Assembly (NCBI GenBank): GCA_029953675.1
Contig: JAMWBK010000004.1
Coordinates: 2,728,001-2,792,000, forward strand
DNA from: Rhodosorus marinus CCMP1338
Lineage: Eukaryota; Plantae; Rhodophyta
Length of the DNA: 64,000 bases
Reading direction: 5' to 3'
Below the pieces are notes generated by a model. The model was not told the origin of the DNA. It did no database searches and saw nothing but the letters and a program-made list of their open reading frames with translations. Position numbers and translations under genes: made by a program. This document shows positions 49,686 through 62,919 of the stretch, piece after piece (position 1 is the first letter of the stretch; each line of letters opens with the position of its first letter).

Positions 49686-51361
49686 ACACTAGGCTCAGAT
49701 CGTGAACAGTTGGAAGCAGTGGCCCAGGAACTGCGCCGGCCAGCCTCAGGATACGAATTGAAACTCGATGTAGGACTAGACCTGAAGAAAGAAGGTTACC
49801 AAGGCTAGATGACCTAGGCAGAGCACTCTATGTCAAGAGCTCAGTTTGAAGGAATAGTTTTACACAGTTTAGCTTCACGCAAGAAAGAGGGATCGCTACG
49901 TTGATGGCCCACAAGCGAGCAAATCTTGGCGACAGAGTCTCTCCTCCTTAAGCAAATTTCAAGCGTTCGATTCGATCGGGGCGATTTGCCGAAAAACCGA
50001 TTCCAGCGATATGAAACCATACCTTGGCAACCATTCTGTGAAGCTCAAGTTGAACACCTCGTGCCTAAATTTGACAAGGGCAGAGATCAGAACTAGCCTT
50101 CCTCGATGTCAACGAGATGCTCGTGCATACTTCAGAGGACGGAGCAAACAATGCATGTGGAGATGGTTTACAGATCTCAGAGGATACCGATGGAAGCCAA
50201 ATATGAAATCCTTCTCAAGGTCATTTGAGTTAGCAAAGCCTAAGGATGTAGCAGCAAATTTCACAGGCTGGCTTAGATAATGTCAGTACAAGACCTCGAG
50301 TACAAGCTGTCTGGTCCTCACCAGAATTTTCAGACAGGACTTGCTTTCCGACTTCATGCATCTTCCTGACTGCGAACTCGAGAACACATAGAAGTCCAAT
50401 TAGCACGCAAGCGACTCATAGAGCACAAGGCTTAGCCAAGATTTTGCTTACGGAGAGGTAAATGCCGCTCGCCCAGGTTCTCGGATCCTCGGATGTGCTC
50501 CTTGGGAACAACCAATACGTGCCTAACGAGCGGAATCGAAGGTGTTAATCAGGGCGGTTCGCGCTCAAACCATAACTGCGCTTCTTTTTGAGCAAACTTA
50601 CAACTTGGCTCGAGGTCTTATATCGTGAAATGCGACCATAAGATCATCCTAGACAATAAACCAAGCGGTAGGAGGGCAACGAGGGAAACACAGAGCTCGT
50701 AAGCTACGCACATCGAGACGAATCTATTTTCTTTTTTGCTGGTGAGTTCAAAGAAGATCGAGCAAGTGTGGTTTTGTTCACGATTCGGTCGCTACTCTAC
50801 ACCTTATTCGAAAGCTCTGCTAGAAGCCACCAGCTGCAAAGCAGCGCGGGCTTGGAGGGAAGTAGTCCGAGTACGAAGCGCTGCTAGCAACCGATACGTC
50901 CAACCTCGTGACTACTGTAGACATGAGTAGATCGTTGCTAGCACCCCAGTACTGAACTTTCCAGGGCGCCTTGGGCAGGTAAGCTTCATCAGGCGAATTA
51001 AAGTCGACTCCCTCACCTCACGGAACTGGACTGTGCGCATGTGGACTTGATACATAAGGGACCACCACACCTACCTCGAATATCGTATATGGTACTCCTC
51101 CTTTGTTAAAATATTTTTTCCAAATCTCTACATCGTTCTCTGGGAATACCATCGAGGGCCTTGAGCCGCGTGACCTCTGTCTACCCACGCTCCTGTCCGA
51201 AGGAGTGCAAGCAGAAACTCGTTTTCGGCAGTTGCACAGAGACACACGAAGAGGCGCAAACCCAATCTGCGACGTACGCGCCAGGGTTCTCTTCCAGAAT
51301 TAATATCTCCAATCAATAACGTAGAAAAGAGGGGTTCTCAAGGCCCGCTCTTCCTCCTCGT

Positions 51362-52597
51362 CAGATCGACCAAACGGTCCAGCACCGGCACCCAGCTCGA
51401 CCAGGGACAATGACTGACTTGTTTGACAGTTTCTCCTCCACAGCCTCGACGCAGGAAAGAAGAAGAAGACCATGCAATCCTGACTCCAACTAGGCCAACC
51501 CCTCCAATTTGCTTGCATAAAATATTTGCAGTCTCATCGTTGCTCACGGCCAAGCTGCCAACGTGGTTGAGTGTTATCGGTTCAACAGTGCGACAAGTCC
51601 AGGACGGAATACGATCAAACGAAAGACTCCGCCCCTTCAATGTGAGACGGGGTGCAGTCATTGAATCCTTGTGCTTGAAATAGCTCAAAGGTTAGCCTAG
51701 CCAGTACGTACGACAAATTTCGGCCGATGCCGGTAGTGGTAGTGCCTTCGGACATGTACTGCTACTTTGCTAATTGCGAAACGTTGCACAAGATTCCTGT
51801 GCTCGTGGGATTTGTTTCTCTAAGGATGCCCTCGAGATGGTTCGATGAAAAGAGCTCAACTGACCACGTCTTTCGCCCCAAGGAAACAATAGCACGAGAA
51901 TGGGAAGCTAGTCAACGAACGGGTCCGGGGTGAATGCTGTAGGAAGAGCGCGAGTCTGCCAGGTGTAACACTCAAGTCTGTTAGTCCGCAAGTAGTAATA
52001 GCAAAGGCAGAGACCTCTTCCATCCTGCTCACTTTACTTCCCATCTAGCCCCGTTCTCAAATGTTCAGTTTGAACATTGGTCATCTCGCTTGGCTCCGGA
52101 CAAGGGAAGATGAACAATGGGCAAACCTGCTTTGGCCCGGGCCAAATAACACTGGAACAATGGCCATTACACAAAAAAGAATCATTTTAAAGATTTTATC
52201 CCCCTTTTTTTCTGGGAACTTTTTTTTTTCGATTATTGAGAAGTTTTCAAATGATTTGAGTTCTCAACGAGGAAAAACTCTTCTTAGAGGCTTTGCCCTG
52301 TCCGTCTAGGAAGCTGGTGAGAAGAGGGTGGTGCAGGCTGGGTAACCGTTGAACTGATAACACTCACCATGTTGGCAGTTTGCACGTGAGCACTGACGAG
52401 ACTGCAACTATTTCATGCAGCAATTGGAGTTTTGGTTGGGCTTGTTGGAGTCAAGGATGCATGGTTCTTTCCTGCGAACGATTTAACAGCAGCTAACGTC
52501 GAGGCTGTGTTGTAGGAGCAGAGACTGTCGAACAAGTTAGTCATTGTCGCTGGTCCAGCTTGTTGACCGGTGCTTACTGGATCGTTTGGTCGATCTG
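51362..52597. repeat. Pair of ~230-250-bp inverted repeats enclosing a ~760-bp spacer
   Basis: The reverse complement of 51362-51586 aligns with 52348-52597 (gttgaac.gataacactca...cgtttggtcgatctg) at roughly 80% identity with indels. Confidence 0.85.
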
Positions 52598-52649
52598 CTC
52601 GTGGTAGCCTGCTTTTTTTGTGGGTCGCGCATATGAGGACGGAGAAGGT

Positions 52650-55600
52650 ATGGAAAGGGAGTCGAGGGGTAGAGGGCGCGGAAGAGGTAGGGGACGAGGT
52701 GGTTTTGGGGATGGCCCCCGTAATCCGCCCGAAAACCAACAGGGTTTCGCTGCAGGTGGGCAGTTCTCCAATGGCTTTCGCCCGAATACGGACGAGATGC
52801 CAATCTCTCCCGCAGTATCAGTTAGGAGACCGCCAATGAATGCAAAACAGGACTTTGGAAGTATTTTCGATTCGGCCGTTGGATTTGGAGCATCAAGCGT
52901 GACCTCTAGTGCCGGGAATCAAGGATTTTCGGGAGCACAGGGGGCTCGTCAAGCGTTTGGGCAGCCGGCTGGTGGTGGATTTGGCGCACCGTCTAGCGGC
53001 TTCGCTGCGCCATCCAACAAGAACACCGGCGACTTTCACGCTTCCGACGGGGCTGCCTCGGGTGGCGCAAACGAGTTTCTAGGACCGACTCATCAGGAGA
53101 AGGATCCTCGACAGGCTGGATTTGGTGAAGGGTCAGAGCTGGAAGGTGATATATTCAGCCAAAACCCTGAGCCGTTTTCGGCGGGTTCCTGGGATGCAGT
53201 CGTAGGTGTGGAAACCGTGCAAAATTCTGGACCTGTAGCTTCCAATACCCCGCAGAGAGATGCGAAACCAACGGACAGGACGAATATGCCTCAAGCCAGT
53301 TCAACTCCTGAGGGACGGGCCACCGCACCGAGTAGGCCAGTACGAGAAGTTTTTGTTTACAACCTGCCCCCCGAGCTTAGAACTCAGCAGGCCGTGAGGG
53401 AGCATTTCCTGAACTTCGTACCGGCGGAAAGTGTAAGCACTCACAAGTTGTTTTGCGATATACTCCTATTTGTCTAGCGCCAATTCTAACCGTTGTTTGT
53501 TTTAATCATTCTGGTGGAACAAAACTCTAGATACTTGCCATTAAGATCATCAAGACGCACGCACTTGTCGTATTTACGACTCCTGAGGAGGCTACCAGGG
53601 CGTTCCGCCATGGCCGACTGTATGGACCTAACCGGGTCGTCCTTCAAATGCGTTTTGCAACCCAGAAGAAGCAGGTGGAAAGACAGGGCGCTCAAGAGAG
53701 GTGGATGTTCTCAGTCTCGCGTTTTGTCTTTACCTAGAGTCAGAAGGAGGACTCTGATCACTTAGATTTTTTCTATGCAGGGCACCTGCGGTTGAGAAGG
53801 AGCAGAAACAGTCACGACTTCAACAAGGGTATGCCACAGTTGCAAACCTCAGGTTGTTCAAGGTCACCTTGACGTAAGCTCACGGTTCCTTTTCTCTTTT
53901 ACTTGGTAGAAGGCCGAGAGACGAATTTAAGGAGCCAGGTCCTGTTGTCCGTCCAGGACTGAAGTGAGTGCCGCGCTCAAGAGATGCCGAGAAAAGTTGG
54001 CTGGCGAACTTACCACCAGACTGTTCTCCATTGTCCACGCTTTTAGGCAATCGGCGAATGCTGAGGATGAAAATCTGGCGTCATTAAATTCTCGATCGCA
54101 GCGATTTCGAGATGACCCGGTTGCGCAAGGTCAGCCACGAGAAGGTAGGGGGGAGGCTGCCATGCATTGTGAACCACAAGCTTTGTGCCAGGCCTGACGA
54201 GTTGGGCACGTCACAAGATATAACTGCTTCTTAATCGACTCTTGGTTGCTTGCGAAACGCAACACAGAGCCTAAGCGCGCGACGGGAACAACGAGGTGGG
54301 ACCAAGGGCAGGACAAGCGCAAGTTGTCGGAAGCAAAAGCACTAGTTGGTACCTGCCTGGATATGTGTCCCGAGAAGGAGAGATATGATAGAGAAGTCCA
54401 GAGAGATCTTTTCTCTTTCGAGATCTTAGCAGGGACCGAAAATCCAGGTCCTGGTGAATACCCGAGAGTAGATCATAACAAAGCGGTTAAGAAATATGCT
54501 AGATCAGCTGCTTTCGCTGAAGAAGCAACTCCAGAAATGGTTGTTCCGCCTCCCCTACAGTCTCTTGTTTCTATCTGCATGCTTGCTAGTGGAAACTTAC
54601 CTACTGTGTTTTGGCATCTTTGATCTGCTTCTTACCTATCAGGTTCGACCTCCCTCAGTATTGAAGCAAGTCATGGAGTACCTCCTGACGAAGATTGTGG
54701 ACCGGGAAGACGTTTCGTTTGTGGAAATCCACAACTTCTTGCGTGATCGAACGCGATCGATTCGACAAGATTTCACGTATCAGGGGATACGAGACGCGCT
54801 TTGCATAGATCTTCACGAGCAAGCTGTGCGATTTCATATTGACTCCGAGCACCGGTGGGCACTTCTGCCCGCTTGGATTGTAGGGTTGATCGGGAACGCA
54901 CTGTTGAGGCACACTACTGAGCACCAATCTTGTTCGTAACGTGAATGCAGTCTTTGCGAAGAAGATGCAGAAAACTTTTCCAGCAAGCAAAACCTTGAGC
55001 AACTAGACAAATGCTTAATATCGTTGAGGGAAATGTACAGAGAGCACCGGGACGAGAACCCGGATTTGCCATTTGAGTTTGAGCCTGAAATTCAGTCGTA
55101 CTTTGCAACTACTCACTGCGATCCAAGAACGTAGGGTTTCTTTCCTCAAGCTGCAAGATGGTGTGACCAGGACGGGCGTAGAACCTCGTTTATTATGTCC
55201 CTCTTTTGCTATACGATTGGCTAAGAGTTCACTATCTTGGGACATTGCTACATACACAGAATTTGCGGCTTGATGAAGGAGCTGCCTTCTCGCGTGACAT
55301 CAACTGCAGTGTTTGCCACAACGGTATCTGCGTTATCTGCGATGCATCGCAACGATTACTTTGGCTTTTTCCGCGTGGTCACGGATGCTCCCTACCTAAG
55401 CTCGTGTCTGTTGCACACTCACTTTACTCCAGTCCGCAATCAGGCTTTGCACCAAATGAGGAGAGCCTACAAAGGTCTGCCTCTAGACAATCCTCTGTCG
55501 AGCGGCCTTTGGATCTGAAACGTTCTCCATTTCTGTCTCCAATGAATATAGGCAGGGATAATGCTCTTCCTCTGGAAGAATGCGTCGATCTCCTCCGCTT

Positions 55601-58600
55601 CAACGACTACGAAGAAGCTGAGGCGTTTTGCTCACATCACGGCTTCGTGGTTACTACATCTGATTCCGGGAAAAAGGAGATTGATTTCTCAGCCCAACCA
55701 GTATCCGTATCTGAGGAGGTATGGGACCATACCCGCAATCTTGCTACCCATTGCCATTGGGAGCAGAACGGTTCTAACGCGTCAAAATCCCCGTTCCTTG
55801 CTTGGCAGCGGTGGCAGCCGCGAAGATCACAAAGACTTGTGGAATCCAAGTGCAAGGGCTACAGGGTTTCTAGTATCATTCGAGGTGTTCTAACAACTGA
55901 GGAAAAAAGTTCCCAGAAACAAACGAATAACTCTATGCTCACGCTCCGACACTCAGTGGGCACACGGGACCAGCTTCAATCAGTGTCTGCTCCTGATTCT
56001 GCCAATCTCGCTGGCACGAAACCAGCTGTTTTCAGTTTCAGCGGTTCCGAGGTGCGCTACAACCTGTCAATATTGTCAAGGAACCGTCAACGGATTTCAA
56101 CGAGATGATTGTCACGCTGACGGAGCTTTATGCTGCGGTCTGGAATAGGACAAGCTCCAGCGAAAGACTGCACTCACAACGCCAGATGTTTCGGTCGTTC
56201 TACCGAAGCCGGCAGGAGCAAGTGTACCGCTCGCGTCCGCGGGTCTACCACCACCATTCCCTTCACAGGTACGAGCCTTTGCTTCACCGTCGACTGAATG
56301 TCTCTGTCCTCTCACAAGCATGTATGTCATCAATACGTTCTCTGTTCAGGGACAGAGCCCTGCCCGAACGCGAAAGAGAGACCTTGACAGTGGTGCAGAG
56401 ACGCAGAGAAAAGAGGAAGAAGCACGAGCGAAGAAGAAGGCAGCTGAGCGGGCAGCTGAGCTTGAACTGCTCCGACAGAGACAAAAAGCAGAGGCAGAGA
56501 AGCAGAAGCAAAGAAAGCTGGCTGCGGAAGCGGCTCTGCGAGCAGCTGAAGCTAAAAGGGTTGCAGAGGACAAGAAGAGGCAAGAGGCTATTGAAAAGCA
56601 ACGGCAAGCAGAGCTTGCCGAGAAAAGAGCACTGGAGCGACTCCGTCGGCTACAGGAAGAAAAACAAAGACGTAACCTCTTGCAGCTTAGTCGCCTCTTC
56701 GCGGAGCTGCTGAAATTCAATAACAGTTCTGTTGGACCTAGACAATTGGATAAGAAGCGGAGGGCTACTAAGGTCGTTGACGAAAACTTCCTTCGTGCTG
56801 CTGATGAGTATCGGCTCCTGCAGCTACAGGCTGAGAGGTCTTGTGCAAAATTAGAGGAGATAATTGGGAAGCTGGACAAAGTGCAAATATCGACAGACGC
56901 AATGGAACAAAAGAGGAAGAAGCTCCTGAAGCTGATCTTGGACAGCAGTGGAAGGCACGAAAAAATCGTGCTGAAAGCTAGGGCCTCTGAGATAGACTGT
57001 CGTGAGCACTCTAGGAGAAGGCAGGCCGTGGCGAAGGCACTCCGACTGGTGCCGTCGGTTCTCAGCAAGGACCAGAACAGACGGTATGCGTGTGTGTACA
57101 CAGCATGTCAGGCGAGTTTGTGTGGCATCAGCCTGATTTTTCCTTTGTTTTGTAACTGTTCTTAGTTCACCACCGAAACCCCTTCCAACGCCGTTTTCTA
57201 GAGTCCACGACATCACCATTAAGTCCGCCGAGACGACAGAACTAGCCGAGGAAAGCGTCGGCGACGTCCTCCGCCACGAGATAAAGGCCGCTGGCATGTC
57301 GGAGCTGGTACTGGTCGTTCACAGTCTGGATGACAATGCTGCCACTTGGGTTCAAGACAAACTGAAGTGGAACGGCAGTCCTAGTGCGTCTCCCGAGCCT
57401 GTGAAGATGCAGTTTGCGAACAGGCTAGGGAGGGAAGAATGTAGCGGGGCGGCTCTGTTGATTGCTGGGAACGTAACGGAGGAGATCACACGTAGCCTGG
57501 AAAACATCGGGGTCACTTGTGTTTTGATTGTCGCCGACGTGCTACCAAAGACTCGCTTTCCGGTTCCGGCCAGACATTCTCCGTTAAACGCTTCCAGTTT
57601 CTCAGCTGGGTTGCGTTGGATTGTGAGAACGAGTAAACAAGTCGAACAGAGAGAAATCCGATCCGAGAAGGCATTGGGAGACATCGCGGTATGACCGAGA
57701 GTGACTGATTCTGTTTTGACCACCTCTCTTACTCGAGCATGATTGTTTCTATGCGTTATGTTCAACAGGTAATTCGAGCTGAAACGGCGTTGCGATGTGT
57801 CGCCGCGGATCCGTCCCTGGTCCAGTCGTGGAGGAATGTAGCCAACTTGGTCAACTCCGAGTGGTCCGACCTCAACCACGATATATTGAACCTATATTGC
57901 TCGACAATGTATGCGAATCCTGACAGTCTCTTGAGCTACATGCCATGCTTGTTTTTCCAAGTGATAACCGTTTTCGTCCTCTATCTGATAGAGCCCTTAG
58001 GTCGCACGCTGAACTTGCCGGGAGTTTGTCTGAGGCCGAAGTTGCTTCTCGTAGGCTTGTGTTGCCTACACCTGAGGTTGGTGGTTTCCTGCTTCATGGA
58101 CTACTGACAGCCCCCCAAAAGGAATCGGTTGCTAACGCCTCACGTTGCTTTTTCGCTCAGGACGAGCTTGAGGAAGAGTACTTGGCGAAGCTAGGATTGA
58201 GCTCGTCTGGATTGATGGGGACGACATTGGAGTTTGTCTTACGGCTCATGGCCGTTATCCCCAAGTTTGTCGCTGAGAAGCTGGGATCCACCTCAGACTT
58301 GAGAATTCCGCCTGTGTTCAAGTCCATGCCACATGATTTCGCCCTCGGAATAGAGGCTGGGGTTGCATTTCAGGCGGCAACACCGAGAAGATCACATCGG
58401 ACTAGGTATTTGAGACCATCTCAAAGCTCATAATTATCTTCTGCTACCTTCGTGACTTTGGACTAGTTGCTGATCCCTGAATGGTTTTTACTGGACATGT
58501 GGTGATCGGAACAGGGATTCAAATACCGACGCGCATGACACACACATACCCGTCGTACCGCAAAAACAACGTGCTGCAGACCCGAGCTTACCGGAGCCTG

Positions 58601-58719
58601 ATGCGGCCGAGCTGGAGGATCTGGATAACGTCGAATCGCTGGAAGATTGGCTGTTGACGGTTGCGGTTACCCCGGAAGACCGCCTACTTTTTGATCTCTA
58701 CTCTTCTGCTGATGCCTGA
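52650..58719 (+). CDS. SAC3: SAC3/GANP-family TREX-2 mRNA export scaffold
   Basis: RGG-rich start, GF-rich segment and RRM-like VFVYNLPPE. SAC3 motifs: LVGTCLDMCPEKER, AVKKYARSAA, VRPPSVL, FLRDRTRSIRQDF. A coiled-coil region follows. The last exon ends ...LYSSADA* at 58719. Confidence 0.92.
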
Positions 58720-58845
58720 CCTTTTAACTGTTTTTCAAACCGAACGTGATTCTAACTTGATCGAAAGTAACTACTAACAGAGAACCACGAATTTTTTTGT
58801 TTTTTAAAAGAACCCCAAATAGTATCGAAACAACCACGAACCCCA

Positions 58846-59212
58846 GTTGTAGAGTCCATTCTTTCAAACCAAAATCAGTAGGGTGTGGACTGAGCTTGGA
58901 CCCGACAAGTACGCCGCTCGGGCAGAACACTAAAAGAAAAAAAATTATTTTAGCTTTTCTCTGTTGATGAATACTGATGGATTTCCGGGCGCCATCCATT
59001 TGGATGAAGGAGACAACCACGGGAGAACTGAAAATGAAGCGCTTTTCGCCGGGACCCCTCGCACAACACATTGTCCCAAAAAAAGAGAACAGAAGCGCCG
59101 CCCTCAACCTAGTCCGACAGGCCCCAACTTGGCAAGCTCAGAGGTTGCAGAGTCCATATTCTTTTAGACCAAAATCAGCGGATGTGGACGGACCTTGGAC
59201 CCGACAAGTACG
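58846..59212. repeat. ~68-bp diverged direct repeat ~300 bp apart
   Basis: 58846-58913 resembles 59144-59212; shared segments are gttg.agagtccat, accaaaatcag and cttggacccgacaagtacg. Confidence 0.7.
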
Positions 59213-59350
59213 TGGATCCGCGCGAACCTATTTATTTTGACTTGTCTCTCTTGATCAATGCTGATCGATTTCCTCCCGCCATTCATTTGGATCAACAGGT
59301 GAGATGTGCCAGAATTATACAATAATATATAATTCGGACGATCATATGAT

Positions 59351-59400
59351 AGTCCAGTCCAGTCCAGTCCAGTCCAGCCTAGTCCAGCCTAGTCCAGCCT
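59351..59400. repeat. Pentanucleotide microsatellite (AGTCC)5 grading into AGCCT/AGTCC
   Basis: Read directly from the sequence. Confidence 0.9.
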
Positions 59401-60977
59401 ACAGAAGCACACAATCGCGAAAAAAAAAGAAAAAAGACGGACAGACTGGGTACCTATATATGGGGTTCATCTGTCAACACAGGTTGATGGGGAACTTTGG
59501 TGTTATATTAGAATGAACTTGTTACATAAACGCAACACACAAACGAGCATTCAATTTTTTAAAACAATATATTAAAACACTTTCGGAAATCTCCTCCCAG
59601 AATATAACTCATAGTGTCATGTACTTCAATTTTTAATAAGAAATATTAGACAATCGCTGCACTCCAAATGTATAGTCAACTCTCTACCCTTCTTTCCCAC
59701 ACCCAAATCCCCCCTCTGCTCACCCCCATCCTCGGGGGGTGAGGAGAAGCGGGGGGAGGGAGGGGTGGGGAAAGTTTTTGGAGGTTTCTTGACAACGTTA
59801 GGACTCCCTAACGTAAAATTAGTTTAAAATACTTCACGACCATCGTTAGGAACGATAAATAATCCAATGTTACTTGGAAAGGGGTGGTACATAATATTTC
59901 AAAAAACGATTTGAACTTCCTCGGATCAAATATTTAAGAATTTTCTATATGTCTATATTTTTTATCGAATGAATAGACGTGTTGTATTTTCTTTTAAATA
60001 TATTTTATCGGTACCGAAGTAAATCTCAAGAAAAGGAAAAGGTTGATGTGGGACGCCCCTGCTGTCACTCTAAAATTGATTGTGGATTCCAGATCAATTT
60101 TTTCGAGGAGTGTTTTGTCTAGTTGGTCACAAAAACCAGTGGGCGAAGCAAAAAAAGGAAAAGAAAATTACCTTTCAGAGATAATAGAGAGACGAATATT
60201 TGATCATAGATTATTGAATATTTGAAATTTCTAAATTGCTGCGTCTAATTGGTTTGACGAGAAAAAACCCTGCGTCCCGAAAAAATTATTTTTTAGTCTT
60301 TTTTTGAGATCCGAAATACTACTTTTCTTGTTTAGTAATAGTTTTTATACAAGCGGGCCAAAGGAAAGGAATTGTTTAGGAGGCTAATGTTACATGTTTT
60401 AATCTATCTAAATCTATATCAAATTGCACGGAATAAATGGCCCGGTTTTTTTTTAGGCAATTACTGTTTTGTGGGTAGTGGGTTTATGAAGTAAAGCGGT
60501 GGGGGAGGGGAGGGGAGGGGTGGAGAAGGTGTTGGTTGCGGAGGGTAGACTTGAAAACCGTTTTGGGTTTTTACTGTTTACGGGAGGGAGGAAAGGGAGC
60601 ATTGCTCTTCTGCTCTGTTATTTTTTTAGTAAGGTAGTGGAGGGGGTATGAATCCGGTTGTTGTGAAAAGCTCGCTTGTTTGATGGGGTAGCTGGGGAGG
60701 CTTCTGTTGAATTCTTCTGGGGTTTGCTGAGCGTGTTTATTGTTTCTTGGATGTGAACTGGGGTTGGGTCGTGCGGAGCACGCTTTATTCGGACGCATGG
60801 TTTGAGGGACTAGCCCACAAGGTTTTAGATTGTTTTGGAGTTTGGGGATTATGGGAGCCGGTACGGGGTGTGACCTCGGTGACCCTGACGACGATGATAC
60901 AGTCCGGAGTCTGATTTACAGTTAGAGACAAGTCCTGCGAATTGTAGGGCAGGGTTTTAGTTTTGTCTTTTGGGAAA

Positions 60978-62315
60978 ATGGAGGGAGCCATTCTGGATGG
61001 TATTCCTCAACATGCAATCTCGTGGTTGATGCGTTTGATAGATGCGCGTGCACCGAGTGTGGGAGCAATTGAGTGTAGCTTGAATATGGGATCCATGTCT
61101 TTGAGAAGTGAGAAGACTCTGCAAAGTTCTACACTGCTTGCAGTAACTAGAGATGGACCAGAATTCGCCTACGGCACGGTTCATAGCCTCGGTAGTGCGA
61201 ACGTTGACCTATATTTTCCGGTAGAAAGAATCTGCCCGCAGATGCGAGAGGGAAGGTTCGTTCTCGATGTACGAGGGTTACATCCTGTGTTATACGAGAG
61301 CTACATCTTCGAGGACGCAAGCCTATTGCTCTTGAAATCAACGTCGAACAGGTATGGTGAGATACTCAAGGAGTTGCATGTTCTGAAAGTGCGAGATGGG
61401 AATTTGGTTACCACGGCAAAGAACGAGATTTGCTTCTTGCCAGACTGTCCTTTCTGTAAGGCGAGGAAAGTCCACTGTGAATGTCCGCGGGCTCTTCGAC
61501 AAAGGGCGAGTTTGAACTCAGCAAAGTTCCTCGAGGGCTTGAGAACGAGGGGTTGGCATGGTTCTACCTGGGAATACTTCTCAAAGTGGATCGCACCTTG
61601 GACTCGAGGGTATGGGGTTTGCAACGTGCAAACTTTCAAAAGAGTCCGTGACAAGATGGTTGGCGATATGCAGTTCTCGCTGCCATACAGGTACTTCTTT
61701 TCCACTCCGAGTGCGGCTGATAAGGTCGATCTCGTGCAGAGGACGATCCTGACCTTCATGCCGCCGACAATGTCATCGCAAATACCGAGCTCTCCCGTAT
61801 CGGGCAGCCCCTCCGGACTGGACAGATTGAACTATCTGCAGCTTTCGTCGTCTATGTCCTCTGAAGCCGAATACAGTGTGGACTCCCATGCCGCTGCTGA
61901 GAACGACTATGTTTTGCCTCGGTTTGAGGTGAAAATTGAGGAAATAGCGGAAGGAAAGGGACTCGATTCTGACGCTTACCTGAATTCATCCGAATCCCCA
62001 CCGGCACAGACGCACCAAAAGGAGCCCGAAACTTTCATCGAGTCTTTTGATTCTCCTCCTGTACAAGAGGGTTCACCGCCAAAGCGCAACAGAACTGAAA
62101 AGGAAAGACCTCGATGTGCTATATGCAATGCAACATATGTGTCAAATTCTGCTGTCAGGCGTCACTTCCGAACTGTTCATGAGAAGAGATGGAAGTATGA
62201 GTGCAGCTGCGGGAAGAGGTTCTACCATCAAAGCGATTATTACCGGCACCAGGCGGGAAAGAATCACGACAAAAAGCTCCCAAGGACTGGCCAATTTTCA
62301 AATGAAATCAGCTAA
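60978..62315 (+). CDS. Intronless C2H2 zinc-finger protein with an uncharacterised Cys-motif N-terminal domain
   Basis: 445-aa open frame. CPFCKARKVHCEC motif; C-terminal fingers CAIC..RRHFRTVH and CSCG..YRHQAGKNH. Confidence 0.88.
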   Translation: MEGAILDGIPQHAISWLMRLIDARAPSVGAIECSLNMGSMSLRSEKTLQSSTLLAVTRDGPEFAYGTVHSLGSANVDLYFPVERICPQMREGRFVLDVRGLHPVLYESYIFEDASLLLLKSTSNRYGEILKELHVLKVRDGNLVTTAKNEICFLPDCPFCKARKVHCECPRALRQRASLNSAKFLEGLRTRGWHGSTWEYFSKWIAPWTRGYGVCNVQTFKRVRDKMVGDMQFSLPYRYFFSTPSAADKVDLVQRTILTFMPPTMSSQIPSSPVSGSPSGLDRLNYLQLSSSMSSEAEYSVDSHAAAENDYVLPRFEVKIEEIAEGKGLDSDAYLNSSESPPAQTHQKEPETFIESFDSPPVQEGSPPKRNRTEKERPRCAICNATYVSNSAVRRHFRTVHEKRWKYECSCGKRFYHQSDYYRHQAGKNHDKKLPRTGQFSNEIS

Positions 62316-62919
62316 GAAGCGAGCTATGTCAGTGGTCTTGAAACGGGATGAGTTGCACTCGCCGTGGATACTATTTAACGAGGAAACATTTTCCAGTGTG
62401 TTGTATTGTTGTTGTTTTAATCTGAAGGAGGAAATCTCCGCCTTCGGACGAACGCTACCGACTCGAACGGGTCGTTTTCGGCCTTCGTTTAATAGGCATA
62501 ATTATATGAATATAGAAATTGATAAGACCAGTCTTCTGGCGTCCTCAGGACTTGCCTGAAAGAGTCTGGCAAGGGTTCAGGCATCTCTGAGGTCGTCGAT
62601 GTAGTTTAGACTTAAGAACGTCGCCTAGCCTCGGCTTGGAACAAAATTTGAACCAGCTGTCTCTTACCGGTCAAACTCGCATCTGGCCGCTCTGCTCTCA
62701 TCCCAAGAGGTGTGCATTGCGTCAGGGCATCAGAGAAAGCTCAGGATCACCAAAGGCAATTCGCCGAGAGCAGCAGTGCCGCAGTGCCGGGTGATGAGAA
62801 ACGCCCGGCAATGCATGCGAGAGTCTATAACTTGGGCGATCCACGCCAGCACCTTCGCTAAGTGTTGGCGAGATTTCACAAGGTATTGTTTTTCCACTTG
62901 TTAGGGCAAACCCTCACAT

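Noticed and set aside
49700-51350. Scattered look-alikes of Penelope RT (LAFLDV), Gypsy RT (LGQVSFIRR) and APE endonuclease (LIGDIN) motifs
   Set aside because: They fall on different strands and frames and suggest mutually incompatible element types. This cannot be distinguished from chance without an HMM search; the region is probably decayed repeat DNA.
56346-57101. Long antisense ORFs over the coiled-coil parts of SAC3, and similar ones over TPK and NAT10
   Set aside because: These are shadow frames produced by codon bias of the real genes on the opposite strand.
59700-60540. G-rich tracts able to form G-quadruplexes
   Set aside because: Similar G/C homopolymer tracts recur in most intergenic regions of this window and are not distinctive.
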